The translations under genes and the position numbers were made by a program. Source: a bacterium (GTDB lineage Bacteria; Patescibacteriota; Saccharimonadia; UBA4664; JBBRNT01). Taken from it: a stretch of 64,000 bases of DNA. The notes under the pieces are model-generated. The model was not told the DNA's origin, ran no database searches, and saw only the letters and a list, made by a program, of their open reading frames with translations. The stretch is taken from positions 3,312 to 67,311 of the forward strand of contig JAYUFZ010000018.1 in the NCBI GenBank assembly GCA_043767845.1, in the 5' to 3' direction. Positions 52,354 to 60,726 of the stretch are shown in pieces. Numbering within the stretch: position 1 is the first letter of the stretch; each line of letters opens with the position of its first letter.

Positions 52354-52365
52354 TATGATGGGCTT

Positions 52366-52671
52366 ATGAAGATTTCAATAAATGAACTACGCGAGAAGTT
52401 ACTGGGCACTTTGCAGGAAAACTTCAGCAAGGAACAATCTAACCAGGTAGCCGATGTGTTGTTATGGTGTGATATGTCTGGCATTAACATCATGGGCACC
52501 ATGAAGTTAACAGGTAGTGAACCGCTCCAAAACATAACGCCAAAGTATGATATGAAGATCGACAGGGAGACCAAGCTCTCTGCGCTCATTGATGCTGGGG
52601 CTAACCCGGCGCCCCTAGCCGCTCAAATCGCGACCGATATGGTTATAAAGAGCTCGGCTACATTTAAATGA
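52366..52671 (+). pseudogene. truncated N-terminal fragment (~100 aa) of an Ldh_2-family (malate/L-lactate/ureidoglycolate dehydrogenase-type) gene
   Basis: 'MKISINELREKLLGTLQENFSKEQSNQVADVLLWCDMSGINIMG...KLSALIDAGANPAPLAAQIATDMVIKSS' parallels the first ~100 aa of Ldh_2 enzymes (e.g. AllD 'MKISRETLHQLIENKL...VAEVLVYADARGIHSHG'). The HSHG His is lost and the ORF stops at 101 aa instead of ~340. ATGA overlap with the transporter gene. Confidence 0.45.
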
Positions 52672-53588
52672 GTATACTGCGCCTACTGATCCCTCTACTT
52701 CTTATCATCTTGGCGGGCTTCGTATCGGGTAAAGTTAGACTATTTGATGATAATAGCCGAAAGGCTCTAGCTAAGTTTGTATTCTATATAGCAACTAGCG
52801 CTCTGATAATTAGTTCTATAACGTCAATCCAGCTTAGTGATCTAAATAAGTTCCCTCGATTTGTTTTTGCCAATACTTTCATTGTTATTCTGACCTACAT
52901 TGCCACCTATATTGTGCTACGCATGATGAAGGTCAGCTATAAGACCGGTGCGAGTATTCTCTATGCCGGGAATGTAGCAAATAACATCTACCTCGGCCTA
53001 CCACTTATTAGAGCGCTGTATGGTTCGAGGGGATTGATCTACGCCATTGCTTTTCTAGCGATCCCAATGACGGTCTCAGACATTGTAGACTTTTATATCC
53101 TGAGCCGGTGGAGAAAGGGGAAGGTCTCTCTCAAACTAATACTCAACGACTTCATCAAGAATCCCATTGTTGCCTCAACTCTTGTTGGTATTGTGTTATT
53201 ACTTTCGCGAGCCACCCTGCCAAACGAAGTTAAAGATGGTCTAGATTACCTTGGGGTCTCGGCGACCGGCATAGCTCTGTTTGCTATGGGTGTATTTTTA
53301 TCATTATCCTCCTGGAAAAGGTTCAATGTCAGAGCCTCTGTAGCAACTACAGTAGCCAAACTGGTCGCCGCACCAGCAATAGCTTATTTTTTAGCACGAT
53401 TTTTGTTTAATCTTCAAGGCACGCCATTGTTCATTTCGGTTATCATGGCATCACTACCTTCGGCTATCTTCTGTATGGTCGTAGCGTCCGAATACGACTT
53501 CGATGAGAGAAACACTGCAGACTCCATTTTGCTCAGCACAGTTCTATTTTTATTTACATCAATATTCTGGGTTGCAGTGCTTAAGTAG
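52668..53588 (+). CDS. AEC (auxin efflux carrier) family transporter
   Basis: 306 aa, ten TM segments in two 5-TM halves, N-terminal 'ILRLLIPLLLIILAGFVSGK'. Confidence 0.65.
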   Translation: MSILRLLIPLLLIILAGFVSGKVRLFDDNSRKALAKFVFYIATSALIISSITSIQLSDLNKFPRFVFANTFIVILTYIATYIVLRMMKVSYKTGASILYAGNVANNIYLGLPLIRALYGSRGLIYAIAFLAIPMTVSDIVDFYILSRWRKGKVSLKLILNDFIKNPIVASTLVGIVLLLSRATLPNEVKDGLDYLGVSATGIALFAMGVFLSLSSWKRFNVRASVATTVAKLVAAPAIAYFLARFLFNLQGTPLFISVIMASLPSAIFCMVVASEYDFDERNTADSILLSTVLFLFTSIFWVAVLK

Positions 53589-53654
53589 GGATGTTAGAAG
53601 ACTGCATCAGCGTTCTAGCGTCCTCCACCACTCGGAGCCAATCCAGAATAGATG

Positions 53655-53690
53655 AAGTTAGAACTATTAATTCAGTTCTGATTTTTTGTG
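53655..53690 (+). terminator. rho-independent terminator (AGAACT-attaattc-AGTTCT + T6)
   Basis: Hairpin plus T-run ~70 nt after the transporter stop. Confidence 0.5.
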
Positions 53691-53755
53691 TACGCAGAAT
53701 AGAGTTGAAACTCAGGACTTAAACCTCTCCATTAACAGTTTGGTATACTGAGCTA

Positions 53756-54205
53756 ATGAACCACGAAGATATTATGAAACTAGCACTCCAAGAAGCTGAG
53801 TTGGCAGTACGCGAAGGCAACGCTCCATTTGCATGCATCGTTGTTGATAAAGAGTGTGGCGTCGTTGCAAAAGATCATGATCGCGTGAAGGAACTTATGG
53901 ACCCAACCGCACATGGCGAAGTGAATGCCATTCGCTCGTTATGCAAACAGCTAAATTCTCTATCACTCAAGGAATATACTTTCTATACAACATCCGAGCC
54001 TTGCCCGACATGTATGACCGCAATGATTAAAGCCAAAGTACCGGCAGTATACTATGGGGCAAAAACGGAGGAAGCCGCATCATTACCTATTCCTGCAGAG
54101 TTTATCGCGTCTAAATCTCTAAAATCTCCAATATCAGTGACAGGTGGCATTTTAGTAGAAGAGGCACTTGAGCAAAGAAATCGTCTGTTAGCTATGATAG
54201 GCTAA
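53756..54205 (+). CDS. CMP/dCMP-type zinc deaminase (TadA/guanine-deaminase-like)
   Basis: 'HAEVNAIR'-type 'HGEVNAIRS' and 'PCPTCMTAMI' zinc-binding motifs. TATACT -10 ~12 nt before the ATG (near-leaderless). Confidence 0.75.
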   Translation: MNHEDIMKLALQEAELAVREGNAPFACIVVDKECGVVAKDHDRVKELMDPTAHGEVNAIRSLCKQLNSLSLKEYTFYTTSEPCPTCMTAMIKAKVPAVYYGAKTEEAASLPIPAEFIASKSLKSPISVTGGILVEEALEQRNRLLAMIG

Positions 54206-54255
54206 AATCGAACTTAATAGCGGTCATAACTTCCTCTATCGTAGTGAGCCAAGAA

Positions 54256-54295
54256 AATGACCTCACCTTACGGGGGGTCATTTTCTTTGATTCGA
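54256..54295. terminator. bidirectional terminator (AAAATGACC-n13-GGTCATTTT + CTTTG)
   Basis: Perfect 9-bp stem with T-rich tails on both strands. Confidence 0.55.
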
Positions 54296-54296
54296 T

Positions 54297-54392
54297 GCCG
54301 GCTCGAACCGACGACGCGCATGACTATGCGCAAGTCGGCGGGGCGGCGAAGAAGGGCTTTAACCCGCTATCCGACCTTCGAAGTCACCATTA
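54297..54392 (-). ncRNA. tRNA-like element B (T-loop-like GGTTCGAGCC; shares 15-nt core with element A); non-canonical, possible pseudo-tRNA
   Basis: Minus-strand '...GTCGGTTCGAGCCGGCATCGAATCA' at the 3' end next to a terminator. 5' region 'GACTTCGAAGGTCGGATAGCGGG'. T-stem and acceptor pair only partially by hand. Confidence 0.25.
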
Positions 54393-54448
54393 CGGCGCGA
54401 CAGGCGTTAAAACAATCGGATCATTCATACGGAGACTGCTCGTCTGCC

Positions 54449-54492
54449 CTGACAATAGGTAACTTGCATCTTATATTCAAACATGCGAATAT
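54449..54492 (+). promoter_or_regulatory. promoter (-35 CTGACA 54449-54454, 17-nt spacer, -10 TATATT 54472-54477) overlapped by 20-bp palindrome ATATTC-aaacatgc-GAATAT (54473-54492): candidate ArsR/SmtB autoregulatory operator
   Basis: Read directly. An inverted repeat covering the -10 and start region is the usual ArsR/SmtB operator layout. Confidence 0.5.
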
Positions 54493-54498
54493 AGTAAT

Positions 54499-55008
54499 AT
54501 GTATCACAAACTCTTTAGCTTGCAGGAAGATGTTTTCAAAGTAATCGCCAATCAAAAACGGTTGGAGCTTATCCAGCTGCTGAAAAGCCAGGAACTCACC
54601 GTCTCCGAGATGGTCGAAATGCTTGGAATCCGCCAAGCCAACCTCTCTCAACACCTGTCCTTACTGCGTTTGCACGGAGTTGTAACTTCGCGCAAAGTCG
54701 GTCTAAATGTGTACTACAAACTGACCGATGAGCGTATCGCTGAGGCAACGTTTCTGATAAGGGAATTTCTCATGAGCCAGCAAAAGATCGACCCAGCGGT
54801 GGTGCATGGCATAAGCAAGGCTGAGGGTGCACTCTACCCAATCGTTCTCGACCCGGTCTGCCGTATGCGAATTAGCTCATCTGAGGCCGGCGCGGTGGTT
54901 GAACATAAAAGCCAAGCTGTGTATTTCTGCGCCGTTGGTTGTAGGGATAAGTTCGTGGCTAACCCCGGGCACTATTCCCTAACCAGCAAGGAGGCCTCAA
55001 ATGGCTGA
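54499..55008 (+). CDS. ArsR/SmtB-family metalloregulator with C-terminal TRASH/YHS-like Cys metal-binding domain
   Basis: HTH 'DVFKVIANQKRLELIQLLKSQELTVSEMVEMLGIRQANLSQHLSLLRLHGVVTSRKVGLNVYYKL'. C-terminal 'DPVCRMRIS...AVYFCAVGC' has the CxxC...C..C pattern. Confidence 0.75.
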   Translation: MYHKLFSLQEDVFKVIANQKRLELIQLLKSQELTVSEMVEMLGIRQANLSQHLSLLRLHGVVTSRKVGLNVYYKLTDERIAEATFLIREFLMSQQKIDPAVVHGISKAEGALYPIVLDPVCRMRISSSEAGAVVEHKSQAVYFCAVGCRDKFVANPGHYSLTSKEASNG

Positions 55009-57142
55009 TCATGAAATGAATACTGAGTCCAATATGCAGCCAATGGTAGGCCATGAGCACCATGCACACACAATGGGAAATGACAAAATGTCAGGGTGGC
55101 AAAAATTCAAGATGAGCATGAGTATGACCATGGGAATGGATCACACGGGGCTAGCCGGGCGCGAAATGGCCAAAATGATGGAGCTGGATATAAAGCGCAA
55201 ATTCTTTTTCGCTCTGCTGTTTTCAATACCGATTATCGGGTATTCGCCACTGGGAACGAACTTACTCAAACTCAATCTACCCCAACCCATCCCTTCTGCC
55301 TGGATAATGCTCATTCTTACCACGCCGGTGTTCTTCTATGCGGGTTGGATATTCTTGTATTCGAGCTATTATGCACTTAAGGCCAAAACACTCAACATGG
55401 CCGTACTCATCGCTACGGGAATTTCGGCTGCTTACTTTGCTAGTATCGGCCTAACACTTGCTGGCAGTCCCGATTCGTACTATGAGGCGGCGGCCCTTTT
55501 GATTACTTTCGTGCTCTTCGGGCACTGGATGGAGATGAAGTCGCGGCGGGGGACGACTGATGCATTACAGGCTTTATTCGACTTAGTCCCACCACAAGCC
55601 CGGCTTATCCGAAATGGCAAAGAAGTAATGGTAGCTACAAGCGAAGTCCAAGTGGGCGATATAGTGGTACTCAAGCCCGGCGACAAAGTGCCGGTCGATG
55701 GGGTAGTAATAAGCGGCGAAACATCGATTGATGAAGCGCTGGTGACCGGCGAATCATTGCCCGTGAGCAAAGCAAAGGGCGACCAAGTGACCGGCGGCTC
55801 AATCAACCAGTCGGGGACCGTACAATTTAGGGCCATCAAGGTTGGTTCAGATACAGCGTTAGCTCAAATAGTTAAGCTGGTGGAAAATGCCCAGAACTCA
55901 AAAGCGCCCGGCCAGCGTCTGGCCGATAAATTTGCCGGATATTTAGTGATCCTGGCCGTATCGTCGGGTATTCTTACGTTTGCGGCCTGGTCATTGTTCT
56001 CGAGCCACGGCTGGCTCTTTGCACTTACGCTCGCCATTTCGGCGGTTGTTATTGCCTGCCCCGACGCTCTGGGGCTTGCCACGCCCACGGCCGTTGCTGT
56101 AGGAACCGGCCTCGGCGCTAAGCATAATATTCTCATCAAAGACGCTGCGACCCTTGAACAGGCTGCAAAAATCCAAGCCGTTGTGCTCGATAAGACGGGC
56201 ACGTTAACAGAAGGAAAGCCTAAAGTTACTGATGTAGTAGTGGCCAGAGGCGTGCAGCAAGATGCTTTAATCTCTTTCGTCGCAGCAGCCGAAAGTGGCT
56301 CAAGCCATCCTCTGGCTCAAACCGTTATGAATGAAGCAAATAAACGAAGTCTGAAACTCGGGAACGTGACGAAGTTCGCCAACCTAGCCGGTCTGGGCGT
56401 AGAGGCTATGGTCGATGGTACGAAGGTGCTTGTCGGAACCGAGCGGCTCATGAAGGACAAGAGCATCTCAACAAAAGTACTGCAGCCCGACATAGACCGA
56501 CTACTAGTGGAAGGCAAGACGCTGATGATCGGTGCCATTGATGGTAAGGTGGCGGGGGTCATCGCGGCATCCGATGAACTTAAGCCGACCGCCCTGCGGG
56601 CAATCACGGCTATGAAGGAGCTGGGGCTAGAAGTAGTCATGATCACTGGCGACAACCAAAAAACTGCCGATGCCGTCGCTGGACAACTTGGTATCGAAAG
56701 GTACTTTGCCGAGGTGATGCCCGCCGATAAGGCCAATTATGTTAAAAAGCTGCAGCATGAAGGAAAGTTTACGGCAATGGTTGGCGATGGTGTCAATGAT
56801 GCCCCGGCTCTTGCCCAGGCCGATATTGGTATCGCTATTGGCGCGGGCACGGACGTTGCCATTGCTACCGCAAAAATCGTCCTCATGAAGTCCGACCCGG
56901 CAGACATTATCCGGGCAATCCGCCTCAGCAAAGCAACCATCCGCAAAATGAAGCAAAACTTAGGTTGGGCGAGTGTCTACAACATCGCCGCGATTCCCAT
57001 TGCCGCAGGCGTGCTATACCCGGCTTATGGGATTTACTTGCGGCCTGAAATTGCGGCTCTACTGATGTCTGTTTCATCAATCTTTGTGGCGATAAACGCC
57101 GTAATGCTCAAGCGGGCAGAAAAACAGCTAGTGGAGGTGTAG
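55001..57142 (+). CDS. heavy-metal translocating P1B-type ATPase with His/Met-rich N-terminus and atypical CPD transmembrane motif
   Basis: 'DKTGTLTEGKP', 'ITGDN', 'MVGDGVNDAPAL', TGES 'LVTGESLPV'. TM6 reads 'VVIACPDALGLATP' (codons gcc tgc ccc gac). N-terminus 'HEHHAHTMGNDKMSGWQKFKMSMSMTMGMDH'. ATGA-type overlap with the regulator. Confidence 0.8.
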   Translation: MADHEMNTESNMQPMVGHEHHAHTMGNDKMSGWQKFKMSMSMTMGMDHTGLAGREMAKMMELDIKRKFFFALLFSIPIIGYSPLGTNLLKLNLPQPIPSAWIMLILTTPVFFYAGWIFLYSSYYALKAKTLNMAVLIATGISAAYFASIGLTLAGSPDSYYEAAALLITFVLFGHWMEMKSRRGTTDALQALFDLVPPQARLIRNGKEVMVATSEVQVGDIVVLKPGDKVPVDGVVISGETSIDEALVTGESLPVSKAKGDQVTGGSINQSGTVQFRAIKVGSDTALAQIVKLVENAQNSKAPGQRLADKFAGYLVILAVSSGILTFAAWSLFSSHGWLFALTLAISAVVIACPDALGLATPTAVAVGTGLGAKHNILIKDAATLEQAAKIQAVVLDKTGTLTEGKPKVTDVVVARGVQQDALISFVAAAESGSSHPLAQTVMNEANKRSLKLGNVTKFANLAGLGVEAMVDGTKVLVGTERLMKDKSISTKVLQPDIDRLLVEGKTLMIGAIDGKVAGVIAASDELKPTALRAITAMKELGLEVVMITGDNQKTADAVAGQLGIERYFAEVMPADKANYVKKLQHEGKFTAMVGDGVNDAPALAQADIGIAIGAGTDVAIATAKIVLMKSDPADIIRAIRLSKATIRKMKQNLGWASVYNIAAIPIAAGVLYPAYGIYLRPEIAALLMSVSSIFVAINAVMLKRAEKQLVEV

Positions 57143-57186
57143 CCCGTAGCCGCATGTGATCAACGCAGCTGTTAAATAAGGAGTAA

Positions 57187-57696
57187 ATGAACATGGAATC
57201 ACACAACCCCGGTCCTATCAGAAGCAGTTTAGCGATCCTAGCCATCAAGCTGATATTGGTGGTGATGTTAGCCGACATTGGCTACGCATTGGTGTTCTAC
57301 TTGTTGACGCTCCAGTTCGCAGTACCGCTGGACTGGCATCACCACATTTCAGTTGGACTTGCAGCGTTGCAGCTGTTCAAAATTATCATGGAAGTAGCAT
57401 TGGTGGTATTTGTGACGCTTGATTGGTCCAACATGGTCTATGAATTTAGCGGTCAAAACCTCGTTATAAAACACGGCTTCTGGCGAGCTACCGAGGACAT
57501 TCACGAGCTTAAACACTTACGCCTGGCACATATCAAACAGTCGCTGATAGGGAAGTTCTTGGGCTTCGGTGATATTGTGCTGATCAGCAGCATGCCAGGC
57601 AGTGATCAGGGCAAAGTTGTCCTCTATGGTGTAGCCAACCCAGTTAGGTTTGACCCGATCATAAAGGCTTGCCTAGCTCAAGGTAGTCAACAGTAA
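57187..57696 (+). CDS. small membrane protein with bacterial PH (bPH_2/DUF304-like) domain
   Basis: Two N-terminal TM segments, then 'YEFSGQNLVIKHGFWRATEDIHELKHLRLAHIKQSLIGKFLGFGDIVLIS', typical of YdbS/YdbT-type bPH_2 proteins. Confidence 0.45.
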   Translation: MNMESHNPGPIRSSLAILAIKLILVVMLADIGYALVFYLLTLQFAVPLDWHHHISVGLAALQLFKIIMEVALVVFVTLDWSNMVYEFSGQNLVIKHGFWRATEDIHELKHLRLAHIKQSLIGKFLGFGDIVLISSMPGSDQGKVVLYGVANPVRFDPIIKACLAQGSQQ

Positions 57697-57862
57697 CGTG
57701 CAATTGATCGCACGGAACATTAGTAAAGAATAGCGATTATACCAAAGATACCTTATGGGGGTTGTTGGTTATTCTTAGTCCTATTTGCAAGCTGGCTGAC
57801 CTCCGCTAAATGGTTGACACAAACCCACACTTAAATTATAGTTAACCAATAAGTTAACTATA

Positions 57863-58198
57863 ATGAATATACCATACGATTCTCCCCCGCTAGATAGTGC
57901 GCTCAACGCTCTTGCCAACGCAAAGCGCCGCAGTATTATTCATGAACTCGCTTTTCATCCCGTTACTGTGACGATCCTCGCCCAAAGTAATGGGCTTACC
58001 CTGCCGGCTATTCATAAACATATTCGCATATTAGAAAAATCGAATTTAATTGTTCGCAAGAAGAGCGGTCGTACAAACTTTGTGGCGCTCAACCAGGACA
58101 CGCTTGCTATGGTACAAAAATGGATCATGCAATATCAGACCGGATGGGGGAGCGGTGCTGCCTCACTAGAAAATTATATTTCTGGGATGAAAACATGA
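57863..58198 (+). CDS. ArsR-family HTH transcriptional regulator
   Basis: 'LNALANAKRRSIIHELAFHPVTVTILAQSNGLTLPAIHKHIRILEKSNLIVRKKSGRTNFVAL'. Confidence 0.65.
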   Translation: MNIPYDSPPLDSALNALANAKRRSIIHELAFHPVTVTILAQSNGLTLPAIHKHIRILEKSNLIVRKKSGRTNFVALNQDTLAMVQKWIMQYQTGWGSGAASLENYISGMKT

Positions 58199-58557
58199 AT
58201 CCTGGGAGTATTAAGGTTACTAATCATGGCTCAAATGGGCCAGAAGGAGATTATAAAATGGGAAAGTATGTATACGTATATTACGCCGGCACAGACACAG
58301 ATGCGGGCGACAATGAGGCGTGGGGCAAGTGGTTTGGCGTACTCGGCGACAAGCTAATGGATGCGGGAAATCCTTTTAACGAAGGCGGTCAAGCAGTCCA
58401 TATGGGTGGCGTAATGGCTGTTGCTGATAAGCCAGTCACCGGCTACAGCATCGTAACAGCCGATAGTATGGAGGCAGCCGTCGAGCTCGCCAAGGGCTGT
58501 CCGCTTGTGGCATCCAAAGACGGTGCAGTCTGTGTCTATGAAGCCTTACCTATGTAG
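58195..58557 (+). CDS. YciI-like family protein
   Basis: Start at ATG 58195 (ATGA overlap with the ArsR stop). 'GYSIVTADSMEAAVELAKGCPLVASKDGAVCVYE' resembles the YciI-like domain. Confidence 0.4.
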   Translation: MNPGSIKVTNHGSNGPEGDYKMGKYVYVYYAGTDTDAGDNEAWGKWFGVLGDKLMDAGNPFNEGGQAVHMGGVMAVADKPVTGYSIVTADSMEAAVELAKGCPLVASKDGAVCVYEALPM

Positions 58558-58585
58558 TCAGCCGGGTAGTGCTATAGTGACAAAT

Positions 58586-58617
58586 AAAGGTCCCGCCATG
58601 CGCGGGACCTTTATTTT
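58586..58617 (+). terminator. rho-independent terminator (AAAGGTCCCGC-catg-GCGGGACCTTT + ATTTT)
   Basis: Perfect 11-bp stem plus T-run, 30 nt after the YciI-like stop. Marks the left edge of the GC-rich island. Confidence 0.7.
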
Positions 58618-58681
58618 AGGGTAGTAGGAAGTGTCACTTGCGCTAAGAAATGATAGTTTTATTGATGAATGAAACTTAGTG

Positions 58682-58746
58682 TTGACAGAACACAAACAAC
58701 GGCCTAGTATGTAAGTGTACGATGTACATTAACATAAGGAGCAGAG
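58682..58746 (+). promoter_or_regulatory. consensus-like promoter (-35 TTGACA, 17-nt spacer, -10 TAGTAT) plus strong SD AAGGAG for the SPFH gene
   Basis: 'TTGACAgaacacaaacaacggccTAGTAT...aacataAGGAGcagagATG' read directly. Confidence 0.55.
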
Positions 58747-59610
58747 ATGTTTGGATTCCACTACTTCCGCAAAGCCGGCCCCACCGACCACGTCGTTGTC
58801 TTCCGCCGTGGCCAAAAGCGCGCCGAGGGCCTCGGGCTGACCTTCTGGGCTGGCCCCAGGACTACGGCCGCCATCGTCCCCGTCAACATCCAAAGCATCC
58901 CGTTCCAGGTTACGGAAGTAACCAAGGACGACCAAGCGGTAGTGGTGTCCGGTGAGATCACCGGGATATTTAATCCCGAGGTAGCCTTACAGCTGTACGA
59001 TTTCACCATCGACACCGAGACCGCCAATTACCGCAGCGACGGTGTCGAGCGTGCCCAGGCAATGGTCCGCAACCGCGTGCCGGCCGCTGTGCGGCCGCTG
59101 CTGGCGGCTGTGGACTTGCAGGAGGTCATCAAGAACAAGGCGGCTATTCAGCAAGCCTTGGCCGCGGCCCTGATTGGCACGGCTGTGGATGATCTAGGCG
59201 TGAGAGTCACCGATGTCGCCATCCACACCATCACCCCGTCCAATGCCGAACTGGCCCGAGCCTTAGAGGCCGAAGAGCGCGAACGGATGCTCTCCAAAGC
59301 CGACATGGCTACCGCCGACCGGCGCATGAACATCGCCCAAAAAGACCGCGAAACCAGGCTGTACGAGGCTCAAACGGCCGAGCACCTAGAAGCCGAGCGG
59401 GCCAAGCTGGTCGACGCTCGGGTTGCCAACCAACAAAAGGAAGCCGAAGGTGAGGCAGAGGCCATCAAGGCTCGGCTCGGGGCATACGAAGGTGCCGACA
59501 CCCAAGTGCTCCTGGCCATGGCCTTCCAGCAGATGGCTGCCGGACACATCGGCGAACTCAACATCACGCCAGACCTTCTGACAGCACTGACTCGCGGGCG
59601 GGACAAGTGA
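58747..59610 (+). CDS. SPFH/Band-7 (flotillin/YqiK-like) domain protein, GC-rich
   Basis: N-terminal SPFH core 'TDHVVVFRRGQ..LTFWAGPRTTAAIVPVNIQSIPFQVTEV'. C-terminal Ala/Glu-rich coiled coil 'AERAKLVDARVANQQKEAEGEAEAIKARLGAYEG'. GC3 ~80% vs ~55% elsewhere. Confidence 0.6.
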   Translation: MFGFHYFRKAGPTDHVVVFRRGQKRAEGLGLTFWAGPRTTAAIVPVNIQSIPFQVTEVTKDDQAVVVSGEITGIFNPEVALQLYDFTIDTETANYRSDGVERAQAMVRNRVPAAVRPLLAAVDLQEVIKNKAAIQQALAAALIGTAVDDLGVRVTDVAIHTITPSNAELARALEAEERERMLSKADMATADRRMNIAQKDRETRLYEAQTAEHLEAERAKLVDARVANQQKEAEGEAEAIKARLGAYEGADTQVLLAMAFQQMAAGHIGELNITPDLLTALTRGRDK

Positions 59611-60518
59611 GCGTCGACCGCTTGGTGCTCGTAACCAAGAAGACGGCGCTCGAGGAACTTCTCGAACGGCACTACTCCAGAGGCCAGGCTCAGTTTTTCC
59701 TGGCTTCGCGGGGGAGCGCTATCGAGCCCTACATCCGCACCCACGAGGTCTATCACAAGGCGCTGGACAAGCTGGTCACAACGCTGCCCAGGGACATTCC
59801 CCATGCAAGTGTTGAGCGCGACGAGCTGTACAACTTCCTTTTCCGGCCTACCGACTTAGTGGTGGCTATCGGCCCCGATGGACTGTTCGTCAACTTGGCC
59901 AAATACCTGCACGGCCAGCCAGTCATTGGGGTCAATCCCGACCCGACGACCATCAAGGGCGTAACCATGCGGCATAAGCCCTGCCAGGTCCCAGCTGCAA
60001 TTGTGGCAGTTGCATCCGGGCAAGCCGAGCTTGACTCGGTAACGCTGGCTGAGCTCACCACCAACGACGGGCGGCGTTTGACCGCCGTTAACGACTTCTT
60101 GATCGGCCGCTGCGACCAGGTATCGGCCCGCTATCGCCTGGGCCACGGGCTGGGGCAAGAGCACCAGTCATCGAGCGGCATCCTGGTCTCTACCGGGCTA
60201 GGGCAGTCAGGCTGGCTGAGCTCGATCATCAACATGGTCACCAGCTTTGGTGGACAGCCAGGTACGCTCGGAACATTGGCCTGGGGCGATCCAGCGCTAA
60301 CCTTCGTAGTACGCGAGCCGTTTGTATCAAGCGATACCCAGGCCGAGCTAGTACATGGGCTCATCCAGGCCAAGTTGCTGCTGACCGTGGAGTCTGAAAT
60401 GCCCGAAGGTGGCTACATTATCTCCGACGGCATGGTGGACGACGGCTTGCAGTTCAATGCCGGCACCACCATAACCATCAAACCAGCACTCGAGCAAGCC
60501 AAGCTGGTCAAGCCATGA
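59607..60518 (+). CDS. NAD-kinase-fold (NadK/ATP-NAD kinase superfamily) protein, translationally coupled (GTGA) to the SPFH gene
   Basis: GTG start overlapping the TGA stop. 'DLVVAIGPDGLF' (GGDG-like), 'NDFLIGR' (NE/D motif), 'SSGILVSTGLGQSGWLSS' (cf. NadK 'DGlivSTPTGSTAYSlSAGG'). Confidence 0.5.
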   Translation: MSVDRLVLVTKKTALEELLERHYSRGQAQFFLASRGSAIEPYIRTHEVYHKALDKLVTTLPRDIPHASVERDELYNFLFRPTDLVVAIGPDGLFVNLAKYLHGQPVIGVNPDPTTIKGVTMRHKPCQVPAAIVAVASGQAELDSVTLAELTTNDGRRLTAVNDFLIGRCDQVSARYRLGHGLGQEHQSSSGILVSTGLGQSGWLSSIINMVTSFGGQPGTLGTLAWGDPALTFVVREPFVSSDTQAELVHGLIQAKLLLTVESEMPEGGYIISDGMVDDGLQFNAGTTITIKPALEQAKLVKP

Positions 60519-60528
60519 AGCACACCGC

Positions 60529-60590
60529 CCCTGCTAGTAACCCGAAAGGGAAATTAGCGGGGGACTTTTTATTAGGTGCAGCCAGTCGGT
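60529..60590 (+). terminator. structured terminator: outer stem CCCCTGCTA/TTAGCGGGGG enclosing CCC-GAAA-GGG tetraloop hairpin, followed by ACTTTTTATT
   Basis: Read directly, 10 nt after the NadK-like stop. Confidence 0.55.
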
Positions 60591-60684
60591 TGGAGCCAAC
60601 AAACTTTCTCAATGGAAAGGGACGGTTTGTTGGTAGCGGTGGGGCTTAGTCTAGTCTTGTCCAGTGCGGCGGTTCCCAAAAAGT

Positions 60685-60715
60685 GAGAGGAGGGTTTTAT
60701 AAGGACCCTCCGGAA
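60685..60715 (-). terminator. rho-independent terminator for minus-strand small gene (GGAGGGT-cttataaa-ACCCTCC, then TCTCACTTTTTGGG on minus)
   Basis: 7-bp stem plus T-run on the minus strand, immediately downstream of the 60727 stop. Confidence 0.45.
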
Positions 60716-60726
60716 CCTTTTGCTAC

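Noticed and set aside
52282-52365. Track start of ORF 52282..52671 (MEPRNYYGSRKL...)
   Set aside because: This N-terminal extension spans the tRNA-like element A and a terminator hairpin (52331-52353). The conserved Ldh_2-like sequence begins at Met 52366.
52188-52700. tmRNA (ssrA) on the minus strand starting from the T-loop-like 3' end of element A
   Set aside because: No CCA end. No sequence complementary to the 3' acceptor strand (TCTGCGA) within 500 nt upstream. A plus-strand protein gene occupies the region.
59607-60518. Assigning the NAD-kinase-fold protein as the housekeeping nadK
   Set aside because: It sits in a compositionally foreign island and is coupled to an SPFH gene, so a specific gene symbol is withheld; only the fold/family is called.
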